From the NCBI GenBank assembly GCA_963707505.1, contig CAVPQB010000006.1, forward strand, positions 608,001 to 672,000: a stretch of 64,000 nucleotides of DNA, given 5' to 3'. Positions within the stretch are counted from its first letter, which is position 1. Each line of letters starts with the position of its first letter. The position numbers were made by a program, and so were the translations under genes. Positions 1 through 9,759 of this stretch are shown here, piece by piece. The stretch is from an uncultured Gemmatimonadales bacterium (GTDB lineage: Bacteria; Gemmatimonadota; Gemmatimonadetes; Gemmatimonadales; Gemmatimonadaceae). The notes under the pieces are model-generated. The model was given only the letters and a program-made list of their open reading frames with translations, ran no database searches and was not told where the DNA came from.

Positions 1-1768
1 CCCATTTCTCGTGTCCCGGACCGCCAGTTGGCCACGCGCCGAGCGGTACCTCCCAACGTCGCGCTCCGGTGGACATGTCGATGGCGATGAGCGTGCCGAA
101 CGGCGGCTTGACGCAGGGCACAGTGTCCGGGCCCACGAGGAGTCTGCGTCGCATGACGTACGGAGTACCGTGCATATGCGTGTATTCGTAGCCAAGTCTC
201 GAGTCGGAGCTGCTGACACCATCGCGCATGTATTGACTCGAGTCGATGAGCTGCACCATCGACGGGACGCGATTCTCCGGCACGATGACAGTATTGGTGC
301 GAGCGTCGAACGCAACACCGCCCCACGCTGCACCACCTACATTGGATGGACGCTGGATGGTTCCGCGCAGACTTGGCGGTGTGTACACGCCGTCGTTGCG
401 CAACGTGCGCGTCATCGCGCGACAGGCGGCAAGACCTTCTGGCGTATCGCTCCAGATATCCGTCGAATCGATGCCCTGAGGCGTGAGTGGCGCGATGACT
501 GTATTGAACGGCTGCGTCGGCCAGCTCTGCTCGCCCGGAACGTCGCTGCGTGGGACGGGGCGTTCTTCCACCGGGAATACCGGCTTTCCGGTAGCCCGGT
601 CGAGTACGAACAACTGCCCCGTCTTGGTTGCCTCGACGACGACGTCGCGTTTGCGACCGTCCTTGGTGATCGTGATGAGTGCCGGCGGTGATGCGTTGTC
701 GTAATCCCACAGATCGTGATGCACCGTCTGAAATTCCCACACCACTTTGCCTGTAGATCCGCGCAACGCGACCAGTGAATTTGCGTATCGGTTGTCACCC
801 AACCGCTCGCCACCGTAGTAGTCGGGACTGGGACTCGTCGTTGGAAGAATGACGAGATCGCGCGCCGAGTCGACGCCGATCACCGACCATACATTCGCGG
901 CGCCGGTGTTGTGTCCATTGGGTCCGCCCCAGCTGCTGTAGCGCGGATCGGACGGATCCTGCGGAACCGGATCGAATGCCCACCGCATGGCGCCTGTACG
1001 GGCATCAAACGCGCGTACCTCGCCACTCGGTTTGTTGGCACGTCCGTTGTCGCCGATGCTGGAGCCGACAACTACCAGACCGTCGATGATCGCTGGCGGC
1101 GACGTCTCGACGTACTCTCCCCATTCGGTGAGCGGCGGATTGCGCAAGCCTTTCTTGAGGTCGATAGTGCCGTGATCGCCGAAATCGTCACACACCTTTC
1201 CGGTGTGACTATCGATCGCTATGAGACGCGCATCGACTGTCGCCAGGAAAATGCGCATCGCGCATGGAGCATCGTGGTTGGCTGTTGCATCGATCCATGC
1301 CGTGACACCGCGACTGGCGAAGTCACCGGGATCGACCGCGCGATCCACATGCGCGTCGAATACCCATGACTCAGAGCCGCTCGTCGGATCGAGCGCGATC
1401 ACCCTGCCGAGCGGCGTGTTGAGATACATGACTCCGTCGATCACGATCGGAGTCGTCTCGAACTCCGCGCGATTCTTCGCCGCGAGCTCAGGGCGTGTTT
1501 CGCCCGTGCGATAGGTCCAGGCAAGCGCGAGGGAATGTGCGTTCGCGGGAGTGATCTGCGCCGCTGGCGAGAATCGTGTACCGGCAGGATCGTAACCGTA
1601 CGATGGCCAATCGATCGCGCGGGACGCGGTACCAGGATCGGTACCGAGCTCTGCGGTCGTGTGCGGTGTCGTCACGCACGCAGAGAGAGCGAGTGCGCCG
1701 CCAAATGTCGCCGATGCGATCAACCGACCTAGCACGCGCGTTCTGAGACGAGATGCGATCTGCATCAT
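1..1768 (-). CDS. PQQ-dependent dehydrogenase, glucose/quinate/shikimate family (3' end runs off the window)
   Basis: Absent from the ORF track because it has no stop in the window; translated by hand on the minus strand from ATG at 1768: MMQIASRLR...ALSAC...[37 protein letters not shown]...[13 protein letters not shown]...SRGV...[11 protein letters not shown]...[43 protein letters not shown]...[16 protein letters not shown]. These are hallmark PQQ beta-propeller motifs, with a possible lipobox. Confidence 0.9.
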   Translation of the reverse strand, partial: [589 protein letters not shown]

Positions 1769-1904
1769 GAGTCGTGTCTGGTTTGAGTTTTTCGGCACTC
1801 CTCGAGCGCCCGTTATGGGGAAGCTCGTTGGAGTGCGTTTCGGCAGCAACGGAAGTGGGACAGACGGGACTGGGATGGGAGGACGGGGACCCAGGTACCA
1901 CATG

Positions 1905-1935
1905 TCGTCACCCTCGCCTGGGGCGAAGATGACGA
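1905..1935. repeat. Imperfect hairpin with CGTC/GACG ends (divergent REP-like)
   Basis: TCGTCACCCTCGCC-TGG-GGCGAAGATGACGA. Confidence 0.4.
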
Positions 1936-1947
1936 GCTCGCTGGCTC

Positions 1948-1976
1948 TTGACGACACTTAACCGTGGGTATAGACT
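1948..1976 (+). promoter_or_regulatory. Sigma70-type promoter of mntR-mntH
   Basis: TTGACG (1948-1953), 17-bp spacer, TAGACT (1971-1976); ATG at 2024. Confidence 0.7.
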
Positions 1977-1978
1977 AG

Positions 1979-1996
1979 AATTAACCAAGGTTAAAA
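1979..1996. promoter_or_regulatory. DtxR/MntR-family operator palindrome
   Basis: AA-TTAACC-AA-GGTTAA-AA over the predicted +1, in an AT-rich patch of a GC-rich genome, directly upstream of a DtxR-family repressor; a degenerate second copy TTAACC-GT-GGGTAT lies at 1958-1971 in the promoter spacer. Confidence 0.7.
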
Positions 1997-2023
1997 GATC
2001 AAATCGGGTCAATACACACAAAA

Positions 2024-2710
2024 ATGCTCTCGCCGTCCGTCGAAGACTATATAAAGGCTATCTACAAGGCACGCAGCGATAAAGGCAGCATCAAAGGCAC
2101 CATCACAACGCAGAACCTGGCTGACCGCCTGGGCGTAAGTGCGCCTGCGGTGAGCAAGATGATGCGGCGCCTGACGGACCTCCGGCTCATCTCGCATGCG
2201 CCATATCAGGCGGTCGAGCTGACTGAAGCCGGCGAGAAGATGGCACTCGAGATCATCCGGCATCACCGGCTGCTGGAGCTCTATCTCGTACAGGCGATGG
2301 GCTTCACGTGGGACAACGTGCACGAAGAAGCCGAACGGCTGGAGCATCACATCAGCGAGGAGTTCGAGGACAGGATCGACGAGCTGCTGGGCCATCCGGC
2401 TGCCTGTCCTCACGGCGATCCGATTCCGACGCGCACAGGCTCCATCGCACGCAGCTCCAATCGCTCGCTTGCGGTGCAGCGTGAGCCTGAGCGTCTGGTG
2501 GTCCAGCGCGTGAGCGACGAGGACGCTGAGTTGTTGCGTCACTTCAAGTCACTCGGCGTCGTGCCCGGCACGGCGTTCGAGTTCGTTCGACAGGAACCAT
2601 TCGAGGGACCGCTCGTGCTGCGGATCGGCGGTAAGCTCGTGCGCATCACGCCGCAGGCGGCGCGCGAGGTATTCGTCGACCCTGAATTGAGTGCGGATTC
2701 ACGCTCGTGA
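2024..2710 (+). CDS. mntR: DtxR/MntR-family metal-dependent repressor with C-terminal FeoA/SH3-like domain
   Basis: SVEDYIKAIY, HTH LADRLGVSAPAVSKM, RHHRLLELYL, EAERLEHHIS, CPHGDPIP, C-terminal FeoA domain (LGVVPG...EPFEGPL); coupled to mntH. Confidence 0.9.
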   Translation: MLSPSVEDYIKAIYKARSDKGSIKGTITTQNLADRLGVSAPAVSKMMRRLTDLRLISHAPYQAVELTEAGEKMALEIIRHHRLLELYLVQAMGFTWDNVHEEAERLEHHISEEFEDRIDELLGHPAACPHGDPIPTRTGSIARSSNRSLAVQREPERLVVQRVSDEDAELLRHFKSLGVVPGTAFEFVRQEPFEGPLVLRIGGKLVRITPQAAREVFVDPELSADSRS

Positions 2711-4074
2711 CCCTCACCTCGACGGAGCCCGAGCTCGATCCCGAAGACACTGGCGTAAGGAAGCACGGATGGAAGCGGCTCAGCGTCATACCGAGCCTTC
2801 CCGAAGTCAATCGCTCGATCCATGTACCGGGCAAGCAGTACATCTGGCGGCGCGCACTCGCGTTTGCGGGCCCGGGTTATCTCATTGCCGTCGGATACAT
2901 GGATCCCGGCAACTGGGCCACCGACATCGCGGCGGGAAGTCTATACAACTATTCGCTGCTGTCTGTAGTTCTCATCGCGAACTTCATAGCGATCTTCCTG
3001 CAGGCGCTCTCCGCCAAGCTCGGTATTGTATCGGAGCGCGATCTGGCGCAGGCGTGCCGTGACGCATATCCGCGTCCGGTATCGATCGGCTTGTGGCTCT
3101 CCGCCGAGATCGGGATCATAGCGTGCGACATCGCCGAGGTGCTTGGGGCCGCGATCGCGCTGAACTTGTTATTTCATCTGCCACTGGTGTGGGGAGTGGC
3201 GCTGACCGCACTGGACGTGCTGATAGTCCTCGCGCTGCAGAACAAGGGATTCCGACTGATCGAAGCCTTTGTCGTAACGCTGATCATAACGATGATGGTG
3301 ATATTCGGATTCGAGATCGCGTACTCGAAACCAGACTGGGCTGCGACGATGCGTGGCTTCATACCGACGTCGCAGATCGTGACCGATCCCAAGATGCTGT
3401 ACATCGCGCTCGGCATACTTGGCGCGACGGTGATGCCGCACAATCTGTATCTGCACTCGTCCATCGTGCAGACGCGACGGCATGGACGGAGCGTCTCCGA
3501 TCTGCGCGACGCGCTCAAGTATTCCTATACCGATTCCACGGTCGCGCTGATGCTCGCGCTCTTCGTGAACGCGGCGATTCTCGTGGTGTCGGCGGCGACA
3601 TTCTACAGAACCGGCCACCACGAAGTCGGGGAGATTCAGGATGCGTACAAGCTGTTGTCGCCGTTGCTCGGCGTCGCGGTCGCCACGCCGTTGTTCGCGG
3701 TCGCGCTGCTCGCGTCGGGGCAGAATTCCACACTCACCGGAACGCTCGCGGGCCAGATCGTGCTCGAAGGCTTTACCGAGTTTCGCATTCCGGCGTGGCT
3801 GCGCCGGATGATCTCTCGGATGCTCGCGATCGTTCCGTCGATCTTCGTTGTCGCGTGGTATGGAGACCGTGGAATGGGGGCACTCCTCCTGTTCAGCCAG
3901 GTGATACTCTCGGCGCAGCTCTCCTTCGCGGTGATTCCACTGGTCCAGTTCACGAGCGACCGTACCAAGATGGGCGAGTTCGTGAACGGGACGGTGACCA
4001 GATGGATCGGATGGGGTCTGGCGGCGGTGATCGCGGGTCTCAACGCGTATCTGATCGTTACGGCGCTGAAGTAG
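2707..4074 (+). CDS. mntH: Nramp-family Mn2+/Fe2+ transporter
   Basis: GYMDPGNWATD, MPHNLYLHSSIVQ, GQNSTLTGTLAGQIVLEGF; about 11 TM segments; GTGA overlap with mntR. Confidence 0.95.
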   Translation: MTLTSTEPELDPEDTGVRKHGWKRLSVIPSLPEVNRSIHVPGKQYIWRRALAFAGPGYLIAVGYMDPGNWATDIAAGSLYNYSLLSVVLIANFIAIFLQALSAKLGIVSERDLAQACRDAYPRPVSIGLWLSAEIGIIACDIAEVLGAAIALNLLFHLPLVWGVALTALDVLIVLALQNKGFRLIEAFVVTLIITMMVIFGFEIAYSKPDWAATMRGFIPTSQIVTDPKMLYIALGILGATVMPHNLYLHSSIVQTRRHGRSVSDLRDALKYSYTDSTVALMLALFVNAAILVVSAATFYRTGHHEVGEIQDAYKLLSPLLGVAVATPLFAVALLASGQNSTLTGTLAGQIVLEGFTEFRIPAWLRRMISRMLAIVPSIFVVAWYGDRGMGALLLFSQVILSAQLSFAVIPLVQFTSDRTKMGEFVNGTVTRWIGWGLAAVIAGLNAYLIVTALK

Positions 4075-4140
4075 GGGCGATGTATCGGGGTTCCATGGAA
4101 TCCTGATATCGCAATTTCCGACATCGAGCCGCCGGTACGC

Positions 4141-4194
4141 TTGACATAGGGGTAGGGGGTATATAACATTCAGGTAGATACCCGTCCAGGGTAT
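4141..4194 (+). promoter_or_regulatory. Sigma70 promoter of copZA-csoR with two CsoR-type operators
   Basis: TTGACA (4141-4146), 17 bp, TAACAT (4164-4169); G-tract operator ATAGGGGTAGGGGGTAT (4146-4162) and palindrome ATACCC-GTCCA-GGGTAT (4178-4194), matching the ATACCC-n-GGGTAT pattern of CsoR boxes. Confidence 0.8.
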
Positions 4195-4217
4195 GTCTCG
4201 TCAAACCTGGAGTTCCC

Positions 4218-4457
4218 ATGGCAGTAGCCGCTGCAAGCCACGATAATTCTCTCGTTCTCGACATCACGGGAATGAGCTGTGATCACTGTGTCGCCCGTGT
4301 CAAAAAGGCCGTCGACAGCATCGCCGGTGTTCAACATAGCGATGTCAAAATCGGAAGGGCCACCGTCGGCTTCGACCCATCCACCGTATCCGCGGATGAC
4401 ATAGCGGCGGCTGTCACACGCGCCGGTTATCCCGCTCGCGCCGAAGGCGCGGCGTAG
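4218..4457 (+). CDS. copZ: Copper chaperone (single HMA domain)
   Basis: 79 aa, GMSCDHC metal-binding motif, SD GGAG upstream, precedes copA. Confidence 0.85.
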   Translation: MAVAAASHDNSLVLDITGMSCDHCVARVKKAVDSIAGVQHSDVKIGRATVGFDPSTVSADDIAAAVTRAGYPARAEGAA

Positions 4458-4484
4458 AAAGGCGCGGTGTAGAGAGTTCTGGCC

Positions 4485-6908
4485 ATGACAAGCGCAACAC
4501 CTGTTGAGCCGATGCAGCGTGACCGTACCACCGCCGGCGCCGATCGTACCGCGATCCGAATACCCGTGTCGGGCATGACCTGCGCCGCGTGTCAGGCGCA
4601 CGTGCAGCGCGCGCTCGAGAGCGAGCCAGGTGTTCTCGACGCGTCCGTGAATCTCATGATGAACAGCGCCGATGTGCGATATGATCCGGCGGTCGTCACG
4701 CCCGACAGGCTCGTTGCCGCGATTGTCGACTCGGGATATGGCGCGGAGCTGGCCTCGCCGGATCAGACAGCGTTCGAGGAGCAGGAGGCGCGGGAGCTTG
4801 CGCAGGACGAGGAGTTTCGCGACCTGCGTCTCAAGGCGATAGTGAGCGGAGTCGTTGCCGTCATTGCGATGCTGCTGTCGATGCCGTTGATGCAGGCCAA
4901 CGCGATGATCGTACATGGTCCTGTCGCCGATCCGTTCATGCGCTGGGTGATGACGTCGCTCACTCCGGTGCTGCGGACGGTTGCGCCGTGGGCGTACGCG
5001 ATCGAGCCGCAGGTCCTGTCGTACACGCTGCTGCTCGTCACGCTCGTGATCATGATATGGGCGGGCCGCCGCTTCTACACGGGCGCATGGAACGGACTGC
5101 GTCATCGTACATCGGATATGAACACGCTGATCGCGGTTGGTACCGGCGCGGCATTCATTTATTCGACAATTGCAACGGTTACACCCGGATTCTTTATCAG
5201 TCATGGTGTCGCGCCCGACGTCTACTACGAAGCCGTCGTCTTCATCATTGCCTTGATTCTTACTGGCAACGCATTCGAGGCGCGCGCGAAACGGCAGACG
5301 GCGGGAGCGCTGCGCGCGCTCGTCGATCTCCAGCCAAAGAACGCCCGCGTTCTGCGGGGCGGCGAAGAGGTGGACGTTCCCGTCGATTCGATTCAGCATG
5401 GCGAGACGATAGTCGTACGCCCGGGCGAGCGCATCCCCGTCGACGGGCAGATAATCTCCGGCCACAGCGCGGTAGACGAATCGATGCTCACCGGTGAATC
5501 GTTGCCGGTCGAGAAGACGGCCGGAGATCGCGTGATCGGCGGTACCATCAACCGCACCGGCAGTTTCCGCTACGCCGCAACGTCACTGGGGCAGAACGGC
5601 GTCCTTGCGCAGATCGTGCGATTGATGCGCGATGCGCAGAGCTCGCGCGCGCCCATACAGCGTCTCGCGGATCGAGTCAGCGCAGTCTTCGTGCCGGTTG
5701 TGATAGCGCTTGCGATCGTGACGTTCATCACCTGGTTCGCGGTCGTGAGTGCACACGGCGGACCCGCGCCTCTGGTGCGCGCGTTCGCGGCATCCGTCGC
5801 GGTGCTGATCATTGCGTGTCCGTGTGCGATGGGACTCGCCGTCCCGACCGCTGTAATGGTCGCGAGCGGACGCGGCGCCGCGCTCGGAATTCTCATCAAG
5901 GGCGGTGAAGCATTGCAGCGCGCCGCGGATGTGACGACGGTCATCCTGGACAAGACGGGAACGGTGACCGAAGGGCGTCCATCCGTCACCGATGTAGTGC
6001 TGCGGCCGGCGAATGACCGTGGGGCAGCGATTGACGAAGCCGACTTTCTGAGGCTGGTGACGTCGATCGAAGCACAGTCGGAGCACCCGCTTGCGGAAGC
6101 GATAGTACGGCATGCGCGTGAGAAGACGATTCGCGGGACCACACCCGAGGCGTTCCAGTCCGTCACCGGACAGGGCGCGCTCGGCTCCGTAGGCGGCACA
6201 GCCGTGATTGTCGGTAACGAAACATTGATGCGCGAGTACGCGATAGACGTTTCGTCATTGCGTCCGGAAGCCCAGCGACTGTCGGGCGATGGCAAGACGT
6301 CGATCTATGTCGCTATCGATGGCAGATTGGCTGGTCTCATTGCAGTTGCAGATCGCGTCCGTGAAACATCACGCGAGGCGATCGCATCGCTCCGTCAAAT
6401 GGGACTGGAAGTGGCGATGTTGACGGGCGACGATCAACGCACGGCCGACGCAGTAGCTCGTGCAGCGGGGATATCGCGCGTCGTCGCAGGTGTTCTGCCT
6501 GATGGAAAGGTGGCGGAGATTAAACGGTTGCAGTCAGGCGGTGACGTCGTCGCGATGGTTGGCGACGGAATCAATGACGCGCCGGCGTTGAGCCAGGCCG
6601 ATATTTCGTTCGGCATCGGCACCGGTACTGACATCGCGATGGAAGCAGCCGACGTCGTGCTGATGCGCGGCGATCTGCGAAGCGTCGTCGATGCCATTCG
6701 TTTGTCGCGCCGTACACTTGCGACGATGAAGCAGAACCTGTTCTGGGCGTTCATCTACAATGTGGTCGGAATACCGATAGCTGCCGGAGTGCTCTATCCG
6801 AGCTTTGGAATTCTGCTCAGTCCCATTCTTGCGAGCGCCGCGATGGCGTTCAGCTCGGTGAGCGTGGTGAGCAACAGTCTCCGGTTGCGGCATGTGCGAA
6901 TCGCATGA
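4485..6908 (+). CDS. copA: Cu(I)-translocating P1B-type ATPase
   Basis: N-terminal GMTCAAC HMA domain, TGES, CPC in TM6, [19 protein letters not shown] and MAFSS Cu(I) signatures. Confidence 0.95.
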   Translation: MTSATPVEPMQRDRTTAGADRTAIRIPVSGMTCAACQAHVQRALESEPGVLDASVNLMMNSADVRYDPAVVTPDRLVAAIVDSGYGAELASPDQTAFEEQEARELAQDEEFRDLRLKAIVSGVVAVIAMLLSMPLMQANAMIVHGPVADPFMRWVMTSLTPVLRTVAPWAYAIEPQVLSYTLLLVTLVIMIWAGRRFYTGAWNGLRHRTSDMNTLIAVGTGAAFIYSTIATVTPGFFISHGVAPDVYYEAVVFIIALILTGNAFEARAKRQTAGALRALVDLQPKNARVLRGGEEVDVPVDSIQHGETIVVRPGERIPVDGQIISGHSAVDESMLTGESLPVEKTAGDRVIGGTINRTGSFRYAATSLGQNGVLAQIVRLMRDAQSSRAPIQRLADRVSAVFVPVVIALAIVTFITWFAVVSAHGGPAPLVRAFAASVAVLIIACPCAMGLAVPTAVMVASGRGAALGILIKGGEALQRAADVTTVILDKTGTVTEGRPSVTDVVLRPANDRGAAIDEADFLRLVTSIEAQSEHPLAEAIVRHAREKTIRGTTPEAFQSVTGQGALGSVGGTAVIVGNETLMREYAIDVSSLRPEAQRLSGDGKTSIYVAIDGRLAGLIAVADRVRETSREAIASLRQMGLEVAMLTGDDQRTADAVARAAGISRVVAGVLPDGKVAEIKRLQSGGDVVAMVGDGINDAPALSQADISFGIGTGTDIAMEAADVVLMRGDLRSVVDAIRLSRRTLATMKQNLFWAFIYNVVGIPIAAGVLYPSFGILLSPILASAAMAFSSVSVVSNSLRLRHVRIA

Positions 6909-6947
6909 TACGAGTCGGTCAATAAATACATCAACAAAACTTGATCA

Positions 6948-7298
6948 ATGCCAACATCCACAAAAACATCCGGGAAGCCGCTGAAGGCCGCGGCCTCCCC
7001 GGCCCCTGAACGAAAGGCAGTCGGCGTGGACTCTGACACCAAAGCCAGAAATCTCCTGCGGCTGCGCAGAATCGAAGGCCAGGTACGCGGGCTGCAGAAG
7101 ATGGTCGAGGAAGATCGCTACTGCGCCGACATCATGACGCAGATCTCATCCACGCACGAGGCGTTGCGAGCTGTGGGCCGAGAATTGATGCGCAACCATC
7201 TCAAGCACTGCGCTACGGTGGCGATCAGGACAGGTGGCGAGGAAGCGTCAGAGATGTACGACGAATTGGTGGACATGATGTACAAGCACAGCCGGTGA
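6948..7298 (+). CDS. csoR: CsoR/RcnR-family copper-sensing repressor
   Basis: RLRRIEGQVRGLQKMVEEDRYC...HLKHC (Cys-His-Cys Cu ligands); follows copA. Confidence 0.9.
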   Translation: MPTSTKTSGKPLKAAASPAPERKAVGVDSDTKARNLLRLRRIEGQVRGLQKMVEEDRYCADIMTQISSTHEALRAVGRELMRNHLKHCATVAIRTGGEEASEMYDELVDMMYKHSR

Positions 7299-7463
7299 CG
7301 ACGCCGGATACCTGTCACATCGGCGCGCCGAATTGGTGGTCCTGCGTGGGGCGCGGATTCATCCGCGCGTGGCCCATCCAGGCGCAATCGGAATCGGATG
7401 CGCGCCGTGATTGTTGAACGCTGTGGTTGAAGCCTGGTTGAATGTCGTCGTCGCGTTGTAAAT

Positions 7464-7491
7464 CGTCATCCCGCCGAAGGCTGGGATCGAC
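7464..7491. repeat. CGTC-tagged REP-like palindrome
   Basis: CGTCATCCCGCCGAAGGCTGGGATCGAC, related to the copies at 21750, 32407, 49870 and 49907. Confidence 0.55.
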
Positions 7492-7538
7492 AGACGTCGT
7501 CGTCTTCCGCCACCCCTACCGCGCGTTAGAATATCACG

Positions 7539-9572
7539 ATGACCAGACTCGATCTCATCGTCGTCACCGCCATCATGTGCGCCACCGCACCCGGCATCGC
7601 TCGTGCCCAGGCACCGACCACGCTCAACCTGATGCCGGTCCCGGCCAGCGTCACGGTTCGTGACGGATCAATAAATATTGATTCGACATTCCGCGTCGCC
7701 GTCGTGCACGGTGACGATGCGCGACTGACGCGCGCTATCGAGCGAATGATACCGCGCCTCGAGTACCGCACCGGCATAGCGATGTCGCACACCGTCGCGC
7801 ATGATTCCACCGGCGCGACGCTCATGATCGATTGCCAGAGTCCAGGCGAACGAGTGCAGGGTATCGACGAGGATGAATCGTACACGCTCACAGCCGGCAA
7901 CGGGTCGTTGACATTGCATGCAGCAACGACCGTCGGTGTGATCCGCGGACTCGAGACCGTGCTCCAGCTCGTCGATGGCGACGCGCAGCACTACTTCATC
8001 CCCAACGTCAGCATCACCGACACGCCGCGCTTCAAGTGGCGCGGACTGCTCGTCGACGTCAGCCGTCACTTCGAGCCTGTCTCCGAGATCGAGCACACGC
8101 TGGACGGCATGTCGGCCGTCAAGCTCAACGTTCTGCACTGGCACCTGTCCGACGATCAGGGAATCCGTGTCGAGAGCAAGCGTTATCCCAAGCTGCAAGG
8201 TGTGGGATCGGATAGTCTGTACTATACACAGGCGCAGATCCGCGAAGTCGTAGCATACGCGCGCGATCGTGGCATTCGCGTGGTTCCCGAGTTCGACATG
8301 CCGGGACATTCGAGTGCGTGGTTCGTCGGATATCCGCAGTACGCGAGCGGACCCGGGCCATACGCGATCGGTCGTCGCTGGACAGGCTACGCCGGTGTGT
8401 TCGATCCAACGCGCGAGAGCGTCTACAGATTCATCGACGGCTTCATCGGCGAGATGTCCACGCTGTTCCCCGATGCGTACTGGCACATCGGCGGCGATGA
8501 AGTGAACTCGACACAGTGGAAGCAGAGTGCGCGCATCCAGAAGTTCATGGTCGCGCACCATCTTGCGGATCACGCTGCGCTGCAGGCGTACTTCAATCAG
8601 CGTCTGTCGCGCATTCTCACCAGGCATCACAAGCACATGATCGGTTGGGATGAAATCCTGCATCCCGACTTGCCGCGCACTACCGTCGTTCAGTCATGGC
8701 GCGGCACACAGTACCTCGGTCAGGCGGTCTCGCAGGGTTTCAGTGGAATTCTCTCGGCGCCGTACTATCTCGACGCGATGAAGTCATCGGAGCAGATGTA
8801 TCTCGCCGATCCACTCGCTGGCGACAGCACGCTTACTCCGGACCAGGTCGCGCGTGTGCTTGGTGGTGAGGCCTGCATGTGGTCCGAGCTCATCGCTCCT
8901 GAGAGCATCGACTCGCGCATCTGGCCGCGGTTGGCTGCGATCGCCGAGCGTTTCTGGTCACCGAGGAGCGTGACCGATGTGGGAGATATGTATCGCAGAC
9001 TCGCCATTCAGGACGTGCGCCTCGAGCAGCTCGGGCTCGGCCAGGAATCACACACCGACAGATTCCTGCGACGCATCATGAACGGTCCTGACATCGCTCC
9101 GTTGGCAGATCTGCTCGGTTTCGCAGAGCCGGTGACATTGGGCCAGCGCGTGCGCGGCGGGCCGACCACGCAGATGACGCCGCTGGTTCAGGTTGTCGAC
9201 GCGGCGCGCCCAGATCCACCGAACAGGTGGCGCATCCAGCAGTTGGTTGCAGACATCATTGCGTCGCCGAAGACAAGCGTTGCTGCGCACGATACACTTG
9301 CGCGATTGTTCACTGAGTGGCGCGGGCTCGCGCCGAGCGTTCATGAGGCCGCGAACCGGTCACCGCTGGCGCAGGGAGCGGTTCCAGCTGCGGATGCGCT
9401 CGCGAATGTGGGAGCGATCGGACTCGCGGCGCTCGAGGCGCGCAAGAGTGGTATGCCGTTATCGCAGCCATGGGCCGACTCGGCGAAGGCGACGCTGACT
9501 GCGGCTGACAAGCCGCAGGGGTTGTTGCATCTGGTTGTGGTGCCGGCGGTGCGGCGGTTGTTGATGCAGTAG
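7539..9572 (+). CDS. Beta-N-acetylhexosaminidase (GH20), exported
   Basis: Signal peptide; PRFKWRGLLVDVSRHF, KLNVLHWHLSDDQG, PEFDMPGH, catalytic HIGGDE, GGEACMWSE, WPRLAAIAERFWS. Confidence 0.93.
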   Translation: MTRLDLIVVTAIMCATAPGIARAQAPTTLNLMPVPASVTVRDGSINIDSTFRVAVVHGDDARLTRAIERMIPRLEYRTGIAMSHTVAHDSTGATLMIDCQSPGERVQGIDEDESYTLTAGNGSLTLHAATTVGVIRGLETVLQLVDGDAQHYFIPNVSITDTPRFKWRGLLVDVSRHFEPVSEIEHTLDGMSAVKLNVLHWHLSDDQGIRVESKRYPKLQGVGSDSLYYTQAQIREVVAYARDRGIRVVPEFDMPGHSSAWFVGYPQYASGPGPYAIGRRWTGYAGVFDPTRESVYRFIDGFIGEMSTLFPDAYWHIGGDEVNSTQWKQSARIQKFMVAHHLADHAALQAYFNQRLSRILTRHHKHMIGWDEILHPDLPRTTVVQSWRGTQYLGQAVSQGFSGILSAPYYLDAMKSSEQMYLADPLAGDSTLTPDQVARVLGGEACMWSELIAPESIDSRIWPRLAAIAERFWSPRSVTDVGDMYRRLAIQDVRLEQLGLGQESHTDRFLRRIMNGPDIAPLADLLGFAEPVTLGQRVRGGPTTQMTPLVQVVDAARPDPPNRWRIQQLVADIIASPKTSVAAHDTLARLFTEWRGLAPSVHEAANRSPLAQGAVPAADALANVGAIGLAALEARKSGMPLSQPWADSAKATLTAADKPQGLLHLVVVPAVRRLLMQ

Positions 9573-9603
9573 GTTGGGCCACGTGTGGTAGGCAATCACC
9601 TAC

Positions 9604-9730
9604 TGTCCGAAAATGGGACGGACTATCCCAATTCCGGACAATGACCCGTTGAATCCAAGGCTGTCATAATCGGCTAACTCATTGCTCCACAATGAGATAC
9701 GCGTAGATGACCGTGTGGCACGCTTGTTCC
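9604..9730 (+). promoter_or_regulatory. Probable sigma54 promoter module of the ABC export operon (enhancer + IHF-like dyad + -24/-12)
   Basis: Inverted repeat TGTCCGAAAATGGGA (9604-9618) / TCCCAATTCCGGACA (9626-9640), 13 of 15 pairs; TAACTCATTG-N5-CAATGAGATA (9675-9699); TGGCAC-GCTTG-TTCC (9716-9730), where -12 is CC rather than GC; an NtrC-type activator is encoded at the end of the operon. Confidence 0.6.
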
Positions 9731-9759
9731 CTTAGGGTGGGCACCACAACGGGGGCAAA

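Noticed and set aside
1795..1836. Imperfect hairpin upstream of the PQQ dehydrogenase as a riboswitch
   Set aside because: No recognisable aptamer consensus (including the yybP-ykoY Mn motif); such stems are common at this GC content.
11..1961. Plus-strand ORFs such as 11..691 and 911..1369
   Set aside because: Antisense shadows of the minus-strand PQQ dehydrogenase; no recognisable motifs.
7346..7442. GTGG-tagged hairpin (7346-7369) and three GTTGAA direct repeats (7413-7442)
   Set aside because: Single hairpin copy in the window; the repeats are short and unevenly spaced (13 and 11 bp), so not a CRISPR array or a clear operator.
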